A stretch of DNA of 64,000 bases, from assembly GCA_964019425.1 (NCBI GenBank), contig OZ025794.1, forward strand, positions 992,001 to 1,056,000, given 5' to 3'. The notes below the pieces were generated by a model. That model had not been told where the DNA came from, ran no database searches, and saw only the letters and a list, made by a program, of their open reading frames with translations. Both the position numbers and the translations under genes were made by a program. Shown here one piece after another: positions 22,026 through 33,952 of this stretch (positions are counted from its first letter, which is position 1; every line of letters begins with the position of its first letter). This DNA comes from Flectonema sp. DT1601. Lineage: Eukaryota.

Positions 22026-24761
22026 TTTCTTTGAAATAATGATCGATGTTTAAACTTAGCTGGGCCATCAAGAATTCTACAACAGCGATTGAGGGCTAAC
22101 GAGAGTGGAATACTATTACTTACTTAGGAATGGATTCCTATTTGTAGTCCCAATTCTCGTCAGTTTATATGAACAAGAGAACTACACAGCAGGTCAGTAC
22201 TTCAGTTAGTCAGCTAACAGCTAACTACTACTTGTGATGAGTGAGATATTACTCCGACAAACCACACTTCCTCTTCCAACTAACCAACTTGTGGAATCTA
22301 TTCATATTCATATAGCTACCAATCAACTGAATGGGGGTTAACTGTGATGAGTACATATTTATAACATGTTATCAAAGTTATTAAATAATAATAATAAAGA
22401 AAACACTCATAAAGGGTGAGGATAAAGTTTAATTGGGACCATCTGATTAACAACATAGTGACTAGCTCTAATCATATCGATTTCGTATCAAAACATAAAA
22501 AGGTTCAAGTAAGTCAGTGTCGCTTATTGTCATACTTTCTCTTGTCCTTATTGAAGACGACGGTTTGTATCTGTTTCGGTTTCTGGTGAGATTAACGATT
22601 TTTAAAAAGAAATCTGTTTCACAAATTTAACACACATCACACATCAAAAACACTGTTTTTCAAACACTTGCTTACGTGTCGAAGCTTGGCAGCAGAAGGA
22701 ACCGCGTGGTGGGCGGTGTTTCCACTTTTTTTATTTTTTCGTTCTTTTTGTTTTCTTTTTATTTATTTTTTTTTCTTTATTCAAATCCAAACAAGAAAAT
22801 AGCAAAATGATGACCTGCTTGAAAACAAGATCCTAACTGCTACGAACCTGCATAGTGGCTGAGTCGAATTCGGTACAAACTGGTAATCTACTCATTGGAT
22901 TTTACAAACGGTTGAGGAGCAGGGGAAGTCGCAGCAACACCAAGACACAATACAAAAAGACCTCCGACTAAACCGACTCTCATAGTCTGAGACTGACTGT
23001 GGTTTGCAAACGTGTTGTTACCTCTCTCATTAGTACGTTCCGCTGGTCCAAGAGGCTCTTGGATCATTTGAAGACTCAAACGCGGTAGGGATCTGCGCAA
23101 CATTGTTTATTTTTTTTTTTTTAGTTCCTTTTGTTCTATCGGACTGAGGAAAGAATGATATTTTCGAACACATCAAATGATGATAACTATTTTTTTTTTT
23201 TTTTATTCCACCCATCGCTAACTCTTGTTTGTGGTACTGTAAAAAGAATTATGACTCTAAAAAGGGTCTTAACGTTTTAAACCAAAAAATACAGTAACTC
23301 GCACCCGTAAAAGGGCAGGTAATTGGCCTCGTTCGTACGCGGTTAAGCAGAAGACACAATACAGCAACAACAACAACTACAACAACAATCACTATTTTGT
23401 GCAAGAGCTAAAGGAAGGGAAGGTTTGGGATTTTTTTTTTTTTTTTTTTTTTAAAACTAATTTTTTTTACTTTAAGCGCGTACTGCTACTAGGGGAACAC
23501 CACTGTTATGAAATGCTCTATAATGGGACCCAGCTGGGGGTGTTGTTATGGCCACGGTTCCTTTATTGGTTCATCTCATAATACTTATCGTATTTTTTGG
23601 TTGGTTTTTTTTGTTTTCCAGGGAAAGGGAATTATTACGCACTTTATGTTTAAAAAAAAAATTAATTTTTTTTTTTTTTTTTTTAAATTGTTTTACTTAT
23701 ATAAGTTTAATGGAAAAAACATTTTTTTGGGGGGAAGAAAAAAAAAAAGAAAAAGAAAAAGAAAAAAAAAGGTTTAAAAATTCGACCAATGCTTTGCATT
23801 GGGCTCCCCACAAGTATGGGTTTCTCGTTTTGTTGTTGTTTTTTTCTTTTATTTTTTTTTTTGCCGGATTTCATGCTCTCATGAGGTTGGTTTATGCTAA
23901 TCACTTTTTTTATCCCTTCCCAAACTAATTGTATTGTACGCAAACGTGGAAGAAGCGAAGGAGGAGAAAGAAGAAAAAGGAAGAACAATAACTTTATCGT
24001 TGTCGTGCTTGCTTACTTGATGCTACCAACAGGAAAAGGAGCAAGAGTTTAAATCAGCCTTTTGGGAGCCAGTATGCATCAGTTTGTCATTTTTTATGTT
24101 TTTTTTTTGTTTTGTTTTTTTTCTTTTTCTCTTACGTTTTTTTTTTTTTTTTTTAAATTAATTTTTTTTTTTTTTTAAAGTAATGGGAACCTACTTACAC
24201 GAGTTCCACAATTCCTGTATCGCCACAGCTAGTCAAATATATAATCTTATGAGATCGGTTTCTTTAAGCTTGGCAGACCACTATTTAGAATGAAGCATAA
24301 GAATAGATTGAATATGAGAAAACTATTTTTTTTTTTTTTTTTAAAAGAGAGAAAAATAAAGGAGGACGGGAAAACAAAAAAAAAAAAAAGAACTGTCTGA
24401 GAAGCAAGTGTAAAAAAACACGGAATGGTGCTATACCTCTCTTTTTTTTATTTTTTTTAAAAAAATATTTTAAAAGAAACAAAAATAACTGCATACAACC
24501 CAGTTTAAACTTGCGAAGCAAAAGAATAATTATTTTTTCGTATTCTATTTCGTTGCATACAGGATTATGATGTATTTACACAGATTAACGTGGTCACAAG
24601 TCACCCTCCTGTGCGACAGGATTCTGTCTGCGATCAACAAAACATAAGGCAAATCTGAATAGTTATTTTTTTTTTTTTTTCTTCCCAAAGTAACTACACT
24701 CGTATCACATGCGAGTAATAAACAACTCCTCAAATCAAGATCACCTTAGTGCTGAACGAAA

Positions 24762-26657
24762 CTAAAAGGTGGCCTTAAATTTGTTGGAGGTTGCTTCAGG
24801 CCAAGGGTAACCTGGTTTTGGGGTTGCTGGTGGTTGAGGAAGTGAATCACCTGACTTGAATTTTGGATCAATGCGAACATTAGTACGAGCCCAATGGTTG
24901 CAACATATTCCCAGAACATTCCAAGTCTGTTCCATGTGCTCTGGTTGTTTATTGAAATCCCCGTCGATGGCTCTCATCACAATTTCTACGTTAACTGGAT
25001 TTCCTTTTTTTAATGCAGTTTTCATCTCACTTGTGAGAGGTACTTTTTCTTCGAACTGTGACCAAGACCAGTTACGTCCCTGTCCTGCTTCAGGATTGAC
25101 AGGTTTAGTAATATCAGAAGGTCTTTTCATTAATTCCGCAGCAGTGAATGTCTTACCACCATCAATAGATACTTCAGCCCTACAGATTCCTCTTCCTCCA
25201 CCACTCCATGAGATTCCCTTAACAGTGACGCTGTCTCTGTTCTTACCATCAAGAGTACCAAACTGTGTGTAGGTTTTGTTTTGGGTCCTCAATTCTCAAA
25301 TTAAAACTTTCACTAAACAGCTAAGGAAAGAATAACATACCTGCGGAGGATCACAAATTACTGATGTCACTGGTAGTGTCTGAATAACTGGTCCCTGATC
25401 AAGTCTCAGATGTTCTTCTCCCCATCTGATGTGTTCCATAAAGTCGACATCAGGAGCGAAGTGTCGATCTAATTTAGAACCAGAATCAAGTTCTGATGCT
25501 TGTTTTGATAATACAATATTCCTTACCCATTTGATATTACGACAACCAGCATGTCCAGGAGCTAATAATCTAATTGGATACCCGTGGTCTCTTGGTAAAG
25601 TTTCGCCATTCATTTTGTAAGCGAGAAGTGCATCTCCGAAAGGATCAACAACCTTCTCAACAGGAAGGACACCTGCGTATGGGACACCTGTTTCGTCGCT
25701 GTCTTCAGCGATGAAATTACAAATCTTAACACCCGGATATTGTTTAGTGCCAAGTGCCATTCCGTCAACATCCATCCCGCAGTGTTTTAAAACGTCACGA
25801 ACCTTTACTCCTTCCCATTTTGCATTTCCAATAGCGCCATTCCTCCAATGTGGAGCAACAAATAGCGGTCTGTCTTTAGTTATAAAGTCTTCTTGTCTAT
25901 TACCAGCACATTGTAATGCACTGACGACTTCGTGCATTGGAAATTTTGTTTTTAACTCTTGTAAGGTGAAGCTGTAGTCTTTCATGATGCCAGCAGCTTC
26001 ATTCTTTTCGATGTCAAGAGTGTATTCTTGTTCTTCAATGTTAGGGACGTAGTTGTGATTACGAACAAAAAACAGATCATTTGGAGTAAAGAAGCTATCG
26101 GTTAATGTGTTCAGGTCTTTTGGTTCACTGTTCCAAGGGATGGTTGTCGCCACTCGTAGTTTACCTTCATTGTTTCTTGGGCGATCAGGATCGTCTTGGT
26201 ACATAGAAAATAATGGTTCTGTCAACTCTTCCATTCGTTTCGCATCAGAAGTAGTTAAACTTCCTATTCTGTACTCTTCCAATAGATTTAGGATATGCAA
26301 TCTCTCTAAGTGAAGAGTGTAGAGTTTCCAAAATGGTGTTAAGTCTCTGTTTGATACCATCTCAATTCTCGTAGCTCCACCCGGATGCGCATCCAAGAAA
26401 TCGGTAACATCATAAACACCACCTCTAAAAGTAACCCATATCCTATCACCATGATCAGATAACACATCAGCAACGGTAAGCGTTGGTAGATCTTTGGCGA
26501 GTTTTTTACTCTTTCCTGGTATCATGTTGACCCCAACTGAAGGGCATTGAGCTTGCTCTTTTGCATACATAGTTGATCCTCCGAATGCGAGACCAGCTCC
26601 AATTGCAAAACCAGCTCCCTTGCTGACGGTTTTGCTGAAAACATGTCGCCAAGACAT
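24762..26657 (-). CDS. SUOX: Sulfite oxidase (presequence + cytochrome b5 + Moco + dimerisation domains; intron 25263-25340)
   Basis: b5 motif VYDVTDFLDAHPGG; FFVRNH; Mo-ligand LQCAGNR; DHGYPIR; after the GTATGT...CACAG intron, GISWSGGGRGI.RAEVS.DGG. Confidence 0.95.
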
Positions 26658-26921
26658 CGTTATTTGTCAGTACTGTTGTTAGGGGGTTGTAAACTATGAA
26701 ATGATCTTAAATTTAAAATTCTTGTCTTACGCAATCTAAGTCTTAGTAACTGGGACCCCAGTCTTTTTCTCAAGAGTTTTTTTTAATTTTTAAAAAAAAA
26801 AAAAAAAAAAAAGAAATCGGAGAGCCCGCATATTCTCCTTTGGAATTTCTGAGGGGAAAGAAAAAAAAGAAGAAGAAGGAGAAGGGGAGTTAACTGTTTG
26901 ATTTTGTACGTAAAATACAAA

Positions 26922-27128
26922 TGTATTGTATCATAAAACAACATAACGATAATTTAACATTAGTTTTAGATACAGTGACTAAAGGTAATACATGTCTCTT
27001 TTTCTGTGTTGTCATTCAGAGCAGTACGGAATTGAGTTAAAAAAAAGGGTGATACTTTTACAATATAAAAACAGTAACAACTTTAGGAATTAAAACAACG
27101 GACTGAAAAAATATTTGTAGTTGTTAAT
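26922..27128 (+). repeat. Composite of dispersed repeat modules B, C and A
   Basis: B (acataacgataatttaacattag...cagtgacta) also at 59230-59269 and degenerate at 50205-50378. C (tctcttttt.cgtgttgtcattcag.gcagtacggaat.gagtt) also at 62107-62154. The A core follows. Confidence 0.85.
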
Positions 27129-28632
27129 CAAAGAAAAAGGTACGTTAAAGGAATCAGAATTCACATTCTTGATATTTTTTTAAAACAGAGTTCAACAGCG
27201 AATTACTTCTGAGAAAACTAAAAAAAGAAAGTTTTAAATTAATTTGCTCTCTTAAATGAAAACAACAACCGTCCTTTTCCCCAAGCTTATATATTATTAC
27301 AGCCTGAATGAAAAGACATGATTCTGTAGTTTTTAAAAAATAAAAATAAAAAAATAAAAAAACGATAAAAATACAATACCCTTCAAATCTCAAGACAGTA
27401 TAGGCTGCTAAACAATAACAGAAGAGGGACAATTGTTGTACTGATAGGGAAAAAAGAAAATATAAATACGAAAAGAGAATTGAGGGAAGGAAAACTAACT
27501 GTGTTTCATAAATGAAAACACAACTCGAAGTCAGTTCGGCATCTCCCTCGTTCCGTAACGAAATAATACTAACAGGAGCGTTAATATTAAGGGGGGAGGA
27601 GAGAGAGAAAAAAACTATCCAGGTCCTTCCTTTTGGCCGTGGAAGCTGACTAGCCAAAAAGTCATTTACGGCAACAAAACAACAGCTCTAGCGTCGTGTT
27701 TCACAACAACACAAAAGGATTTCACATTTGGCAATTACATGCCAGATGGATGGTGACGAGATAGGGAAAGAATTCAACCCCCTTTTAGTTGCGGAAAGAG
27801 GAAAAGGAAAACGGCAAACACATTTCATCTAATTTGCAGCAACAAAAAAATATCCAACCAATAACCGTGTTACCAGCGGATAGGGGATTAAAGAAGAAAC
27901 GTAATTTAATTTTAAACTGCTTGAAGATAGAATCACCAGCACAAAATATTACTGTAGACGGCCTGCAACAGATTAAAAAAGGGTCTTTTTTTTTTTTTTT
28001 TTTTTAAAAATTGGCAGCTTTTCCAAAAGGTGTTGATGACTTTTACTTATGCGCTTACACAAAATAATTTAAAAAAAGAAGAAAATAATAATAAATAGAA
28101 AGCAGGCCATTCTTGTTTAATAAAGCAACCATACAAGCAGCAGCGTTTGAGGTCAGATCGTAGTTATAGATGCAGCAATAATACTCAATGGGAGAACATT
28201 GAAGAACAGTCAAAGACTTCACAAAGCCGGTGTTTGTTTGTTTTTTTTCTTTTTTCTATTGTCACTACCTCCTGAGCCCAAAAATAGAATTGCGCATCAA
28301 AAATAAAATGAAAGTACTCAAAAGCCACACTTATTGCAGTTACACAACACAACAGAGAAACAGTCCGATTAGCGTTCATCTTTTAAGAGGGGCAGAAACG
28401 AGACAGCGCAATGGTGTCGCAGTATCTGTGTAAGTGACTACAGCTTGAGTAACAATGATTCTTGCCTTTAAGTTGCTCACCAAACCGAATAAATAGCTGA
28501 CTGATATCGGATACCTTGTGCTCACATAGTTGCTATGATTTGTTTTAACTCGGTTGGATGCAAAATGAAGCAACTCACGACCTCTGCAAAGACTGATGTC
28601 TCGTTTTCACGCATTTGTTTAAGCAGAAGTAC

Positions 28633-29412
28633 CTACAGACCCTTTTCGCTGGAAAATCCATATCTTGCGAATAAGGCAAGCTGAGTTAAACCAGAAAGAA
28701 ATCCAAGCATATTTGGAAGATAGATGTACGGGTCGGCAACAAGTAATCCGTACAGTGTCCAGGCAATGCAGTTGGCGCATGTGGCCACAGCCATTGGGAA
28801 CGGCAAGGAGGCGGTTGACTTCTCAGCGATGACTCGCTTAATTGACTGCAACGGTCCTCCGAACATCGCAACGACAACACCGCAGCCAGTCATTCCAACA
28901 GCATCAACAGCCAACTGGTGAGGAAGTAATGTTACCATGGAAGCAACAGCCAGGGCTGCTGAACCTGCTAACATGATTGGTGCAGCAGTAGCTGCTGTTT
29001 CACTGCGGTACTTTAAGAAAACACCGCAGTACAAGAGCCCAAGACAGAACGCACTGACGTTGGCAGCAATGACTGTTGTGTCTCCTACTAAACTACCATA
29101 ACACATCCATAAGAAACCATTGCATGCCATCATTGTGTAAGGAAGCATTGGTAGGTCTGAAGTTGTTCCCTTCTCTCTGATGGTCTTCATTGTTGCAAGA
29201 GGTGAAAAAAAGACTGCCTGCGCACATACTGGTGGCGCGACTTGCAAAAACATCACCGCATTAGCTCCGTACACTCCTTTTGCCGCAGCTAACTTTGCTG
29301 CTGTTCCTACAGCTGCACCTGCTTCACTCGCAAATACGGTTGATGGTGCGAATACACTGACAGCTCCTCCAACAGTTGCTAGTCTTCTTGCAAGGTTTAA
29401 TCTTCTGACCAT
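28633..29412 (-). CDS. SWEET: SWEET (MtN3/saliva) sugar transporter
   Basis: Two MtN3 repeats (FFSPLATM..IREK.TT..LP.LPY...N..LW..YG and FGGPL..I..VI.EKST.SLPF...N...W..YG...D.YI..PN.LG); 7 hydrophobic helices. Confidence 0.93.
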   Translation of the reverse strand: MVRRLNLARRLATVGGAVSVFAPSTVFASEAGAAVGTAAKLAAAKGVYGANAVMFLQVAPPVCAQAVFFSPLATMKTIREKGTTSDLPMLPYTMMACNGFLWMCYGSLVGDTTVIAANVSAFCLGLLYCGVFLKYRSETAATAAPIMLAGSAALAVASMVTLLPHQLAVDAVGMTGCGVVVAMFGGPLQSIKRVIAEKSTASLPFPMAVATCANCIAWTLYGLLVADPYIYLPNMLGFLSGLTQLALFARYGFSSEKGL

Positions 29413-30351
29413 TTTTATTTATTTAATAGTAGTGTCTGGGGTAAGAAACTGAAAGAATGTAAGACACAAATACACGTTGACCACTCCACACCACACAACA
29501 CAGGCCTCTCACTCTCAGATAGCATGTTCTGTAAGGGAAAAGGATTTTAAATTGACTCACAACTGTGCTGTCGTCTTCAACTGCCATGTAAAACGGGGAG
29601 TCGGGGGACGGGAAGCATGCGATAGAATCATGTTAAGAAACTCCGCAATAGAATTGAACACATAGCTGAACGTGTTTTACAACACACCATGTGATTAGAG
29701 AGGAAGGGTTGAGACGAGAGTGAGCACTTCAAAAACACACAAAGTGTAATTCCATTGTCATAAAGTCATAAGTACGAAACTAAATAACAAATACACTCCG
29801 TTTTACACATTTTTTTTTTTTTTTTTGTCTTGCTTTTTTTTTTTTTTCTTTTTTTTTTAACTTCAAACCAGTGAATCTATTCCCTGCACACAACGAGTAG
29901 TGGTTCACAGGAGGTTCAGGAAAAAAAAAAAGAAAAAAACAAGAAAAAAAAACTCTACAAGTGCACACATACCCAATGATAGAGTGATGCATCTCACACA
30001 GCTCAAAGCTCGTGAGACGAACTAAGAACAAGTCGAATGGTCTACAGTAAATTTATTTATGTTTTTCACTTTATTTTTTGTACATTTGTTACCAAGGCAT
30101 CGGTGCTAGAATCTCGCAGTTACGCGTGGATATGATGACCTTGCGTGAGACAAATATAAATTAAAACGAGACAAAAAGAGAAGAAAAAAAAAAAAAAAAA
30201 ATACACAAAGAAAGGAATAACGACTGGATGGGTTAAAATAACTGTCTGGTCGAATCTTCACCTCCTTTTTCTACAAAAGTTCTTTTTTTTTTTTTTTTTT
30301 TTTTCTTCTTTTCGAGCGGAAAAAAAAAAATGGACAATGCTCCTTGCCAGC

Positions 30352-30492
30352 GGCAAGGAGGGGGGTGAAACTTCAACAATGTAAAAAAGTAACAACTTCA
30401 GGTACTAAAACAAAATTAATATCAAGTACTTCTTACTACTGAAAAGATATTTGTAGTTGTTAATTGCCATCAAATCCACCCCCCTCCTTGCC
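30352..30492. mobile_element. 141-bp MITE-like element with perfect 16-bp terminal inverted repeats
   Basis: 30352-30367 (ggcaaggaggggggtg) is the exact reverse complement of 30477-30492 (cacccccctccttgcc). The interior is the family A core. Confidence 0.65.
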
Positions 30493-30725
30493 AATTGCAA
30501 GGAGGGGTGACTTGGTAACGTCATTAAATGGGGGCGGCGGTAGACGGGGAAAGGAGAAAAAATAAATAAAAAGATTGACCCATTATTCTAGTTGATTGAA
30601 TTTAGTACAACAGTTCTAGAATCGTGTTGAGCTCTCTCTCGCAACAAACTACTTTAAAGTATTATTTAAGATAAACCGTGATATGAGTTTGTACACCAGT
30701 GTTGGTAACAATAACTCACCCTCTC

Positions 30726-30764
<39 letters not shown>

Positions 30765-31405
30765 CTGACGTCGTCGGGCGAATCCCTAATCCATTTGTAA
30801 ACACAAACATGACAAGACTCAGCATCCTATTTAGTTTCTTGCGTTCGGTAGAGTTATCACCAAACAATCAACCCTAGTAAACACAGAAAAGACACCAACG
30901 ACAACCAGAAGAGATTGTTTTTTATTAAAAAGAAAGTTTTCTTTACAACATTGATTGGCATAAGTGGGACAGAAGTGAAAGAATAGTATAAAATACATCT
31001 CGCAGGTGACAATACGGGCCAAGAAATAAACGGAGGGTGGGTGAAGGGGAAAATGGCAGGAATCGATAGCGCCGTAGAAAACGACGACGGGTACATTAAT
31101 AGGTTTTAAACAAATAGCACAGGGTAATCAGTTTTTAGAAGAAAAATTCCTGTGGTCGTAGTAACCCGAACGTCGTTCTACATGTGGTAGGGAAAGACAA
31201 AAGAAAAAGAAAAAAAAAAATTAATCGCATTTTAGCCGAATAGACTTTTTCTTCAGAAAGAAAAAAAAAGAACAGATAATTTTCTTTCCCTTTTTTTTTT
31301 TTTTTTCTCCTTCGCATCCATCAGGTTTTTTTCCAACTTACCGAGCGATCCAACAGAATCATTAACAGCAAGTCCTATGCAACATATTGAAACAACCCAG
31401 ACGAC

Positions 31406-32281
31406 TTAAGACCTTGGGCAACGATCTCCACAGTTAGGACCAGCTGGGAATGGACCATGTGGTTTTGGAGCAGCGCAAAATGGGGCGTTAAGAGTTCCTG
31501 ATCTGCCAAAGGCTTGCATCAGCTCATCGTGACGAAGCTCAAATGTCACACTTTCAGTTGGACCTGTGGCAGAACCCATCACCTTATAGAATGACGTCGT
31601 CTTTTGAGAATCATCAAATTGTGGTGAGCATGATGAACTCTCCCACTGGTCCAACAACAAGTGTTGGTTAATACCATGAGGTCTTGGTCCAGTACAAGCA
31701 ATGCATCTGTATAACGCGACAGTGAATAAACAAGTTGAACCTCCACAACATGTGAATGTGATTTTGGAACCAGCAGCCATTGATCTTGGAAGTGTGTATG
31801 CCTCCATACCCATCATTGAAGGAGGGAAGTCATAGAAGACACTGTGACCCATATCAATACGATCAGTGAATACGGTAGGTGTAATATCAACAGTTGAGTG
31901 AGGGGATGCAATAGAAACACCAGTCTTACAAGTTGAAGGTGGAGGAGTATGTACCACAGTAACTAATTCACCACAAGTGTGAGTAGCTGGAACACCAAGA
32001 AAAGGAGAAGCAGTACAACATCTAACAGTGTAAGTAGCTCCAGATACTAAAGGATTGTTGTCTGCGTCGGCTTCAATTAAAAAGTTTGTTTCCGTGTGTA
32101 AAGCCAACGTGTTGTGTACATCAAAAATCTCTACGTTTGGTACGACCAGCCCTGGGAACGCTGCACACCTCACAAACGCAAAGAATGGATCCGGCAACAC
32201 ATCAGTAAATGACGGATTAACCGTAATAGTTGTCAACCCAATAAGAACCTCAGTTACAATCAACGTTAAATGACCGAACAT
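31406..32281 (-). CDS. Hypothetical Cys-rich protein
   Basis: Long ORF with coding-like composition and a Cys-patterned C-terminal domain (TFTCCGGSTCLFTVALYRCIAC). The likely ATG at 32281 follows an A-rich leader. Confidence 0.75.
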   Translation of the reverse strand: MFGHLTLIVTEVLIGLTTITVNPSFTDVLPDPFFAFVRCAAFPGLVVPNVEIFDVHNTLALHTETNFLIEADADNNPLVSGATYTVRCCTASPFLGVPATHTCGELVTVVHTPPPSTCKTGVSIASPHSTVDITPTVFTDRIDMGHSVFYDFPPSMMGMEAYTLPRSMAAGSKITFTCCGGSTCLFTVALYRCIACTGPRPHGINQHLLLDQWESSSCSPQFDDSQKTTSFYKVMGSATGPTESVTFELRHDELMQAFGRSGTLNAPFCAAPKPHGPFPAGPNCGDRCPRS

Positions 32282-32411
32282 TAGAAGTTTTGTTTTGTTT
32301 TTTTTCGAATGAAATCTGAAGGGGGTTAACTTAATACTATAATTAAACATAGGAAAGTGAAAATAACACATTACTCCAACCACCACAAACAGTAAATATA
32401 ACAACCTTACC

Positions 32412-33428
32412 CTAAGTTGTTTCGTACTTTAGAATGTAGTCCTTGAAAACGATCTGTCTTTCAGGTGCTACACTGCGAGAGATATACGGTTGTAATACTT
32501 CTCTTGCTTGTTCTAAAGCAGAAGAGATATCTCCAAGTTGGTGATGAGCAATCATTCTATGTCTCCAGAGAGATAGTTCGTAAAGTTTGTTGTTAAATTG
32601 ATCGAAGGCGTATTCAGGAACTCCACATTGCTTCCTCTGAGATTCCAATTTCAAAACCAATTGAGGAGATGTTAATACCATCGCATGAGACATTGCTATG
32701 GAGAATAATCTACAATTCGCATCTATTATAGACGAAAAACACTTTTCCCAAACCATTTCAAAACGTTCTGCTGACAAGCAGTGTGGAATCAACACCGAAA
32801 GTGTTGCAGCGTTTCCTTCTGGGTTTGCATCATCGTCCCATTCTTTAAAAACTAATTCCCATTCTTGATTGCTGGCAACAGCTCTCAAATATGATGTAAG
32901 ATGAACGACATTCGCATAGCTTCTGACTTCATCGAATAATTCACACGCCCATAAGTAGTTATGGGTAACAGCACAAAAGGTAAGAGCAGCCCCGATAGTT
33001 GCACTACTCTTATGAGTGATGTGATTGTAAATGTGTTTAGCAGTTTTTACAGAGTCTGTGTTGTTAAATATGTTGGGTGTTCTGGATAATGTCACCAGAG
33101 CTATTGACCATGTTACGTCATTAGGTTCATGTTGTTGAATCAAATCTATTAATATTCTACTGGTATTGGAGTCTCGTAGCTCACCAGAACGTTGCAAAGC
33201 CGCTCCCAACGTTTCTGAATTTCCAGGATTCTGTTTTACTAGTAAGAGTATCTCACTACCACTGGAAGCCTGTCCAATGGCACGTCTTTCCGCAGTTCCA
33301 TAACTTCCTTTTATTGGACTTAGCGGTCTGTCGGAGTTTAAAACAGCCGCTATTGCTTCAAATGGCAATCGTTGTCTGCTGTCGGAATGAAGTAGTCGGA
33401 CACCTGATCGGAGGAGTGAGATGTTCAT
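32412..33428 (-). CDS. Degenerate PPR-like helical-repeat protein, probably mitochondrial
   Basis: Presequence-like MNISLLRSGVRLLHS; ~35-aa repeats (PNDVTWSIAL, ANVVHLTSYL, GNAATLSVLI, ANCRLFSIAM); upstream T-rich tract + gcAG. Confidence 0.7.
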   Translation of the reverse strand: MNISLLRSGVRLLHSDSRQRLPFEAIAAVLNSDRPLSPIKGSYGTAERRAIGQASSGSEILLLVKQNPGNSETLGAALQRSGELRDSNTSRILIDLIQQHEPNDVTWSIALVTLSRTPNIFNNTDSVKTAKHIYNHITHKSSATIGAALTFCAVTHNYLWACELFDEVRSYANVVHLTSYLRAVASNQEWELVFKEWDDDANPEGNAATLSVLIPHCLSAERFEMVWEKCFSSIIDANCRLFSIAMSHAMVLTSPQLVLKLESQRKQCGVPEYAFDQFNNKLYELSLWRHRMIAHHQLGDISSALEQAREVLQPYISRSVAPERQIVFKDYILKYETT

Positions 33429-33561
33429 ACCTGCAAAAAAATAAAATAAAATAAAATAAGTTATATCACAGAAACAGACGTGTATTATCAGATTGGTTCT
33501 TGCTGCTTCATTGTTATGTAATTTAAAAAAAAAAAAAAAAAGATAATTTTAACAACCAAAT

Positions 33562-33595
<34 letters not shown>

Positions 33596-33952
33596 CCGTC
33601 TCGTGGGTTGGAAACACACACTGCAATGTTGGTTCGTTTTCACTTCCTTTTTTTTTTTTTTTTTTTTCTTGTTTGTTTCACTAGTAAAAATCTCTTTTAT
33701 TTCTTTAGTAAGAATAATTATATTCAAGATTGCCTTTCAGAGGCAAAGGCGACAGGCTTCTCAGAGGTTATTAAATCGTGTTTAAAGCTGAGCACCCCTT
33801 CCGTAGAAGGGCCGCAACCAGAGTGCTAATAAGATTGAGTTGTTACCGAAAAGTGGTAACTTCAATCGGTTAGAATATTATTCTAGTAGTGCGCTACAGG
33901 TGAAAAAATCTCCTTTTTATTAAAAATAACTCCACTCAAGAATGTGACACAA

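Noticed and set aside
21133..22039. Duplicated plus-strand ORFs MVANYFESRAES...
   Set aside because: Non-ATG starts inside the duplicated repeat; linker indels between units break the frame; opposite strand to all genes.
22230..22450. Two TGATGA...CTGA pairs resembling C/D snoRNAs
   Set aside because: They are on the strand opposite to transcription, with weak terminal stems and no recognisable rRNA guide; such short boxes arise by chance.
28185..28379. 64-aa ORF with a GT...aaacaaacacCG intron-like segment (possible GT-CG intron)
   Set aside because: No convincing protein on either side; the region looks like the SWEET 3'UTR and cannot be supported without RNA data.
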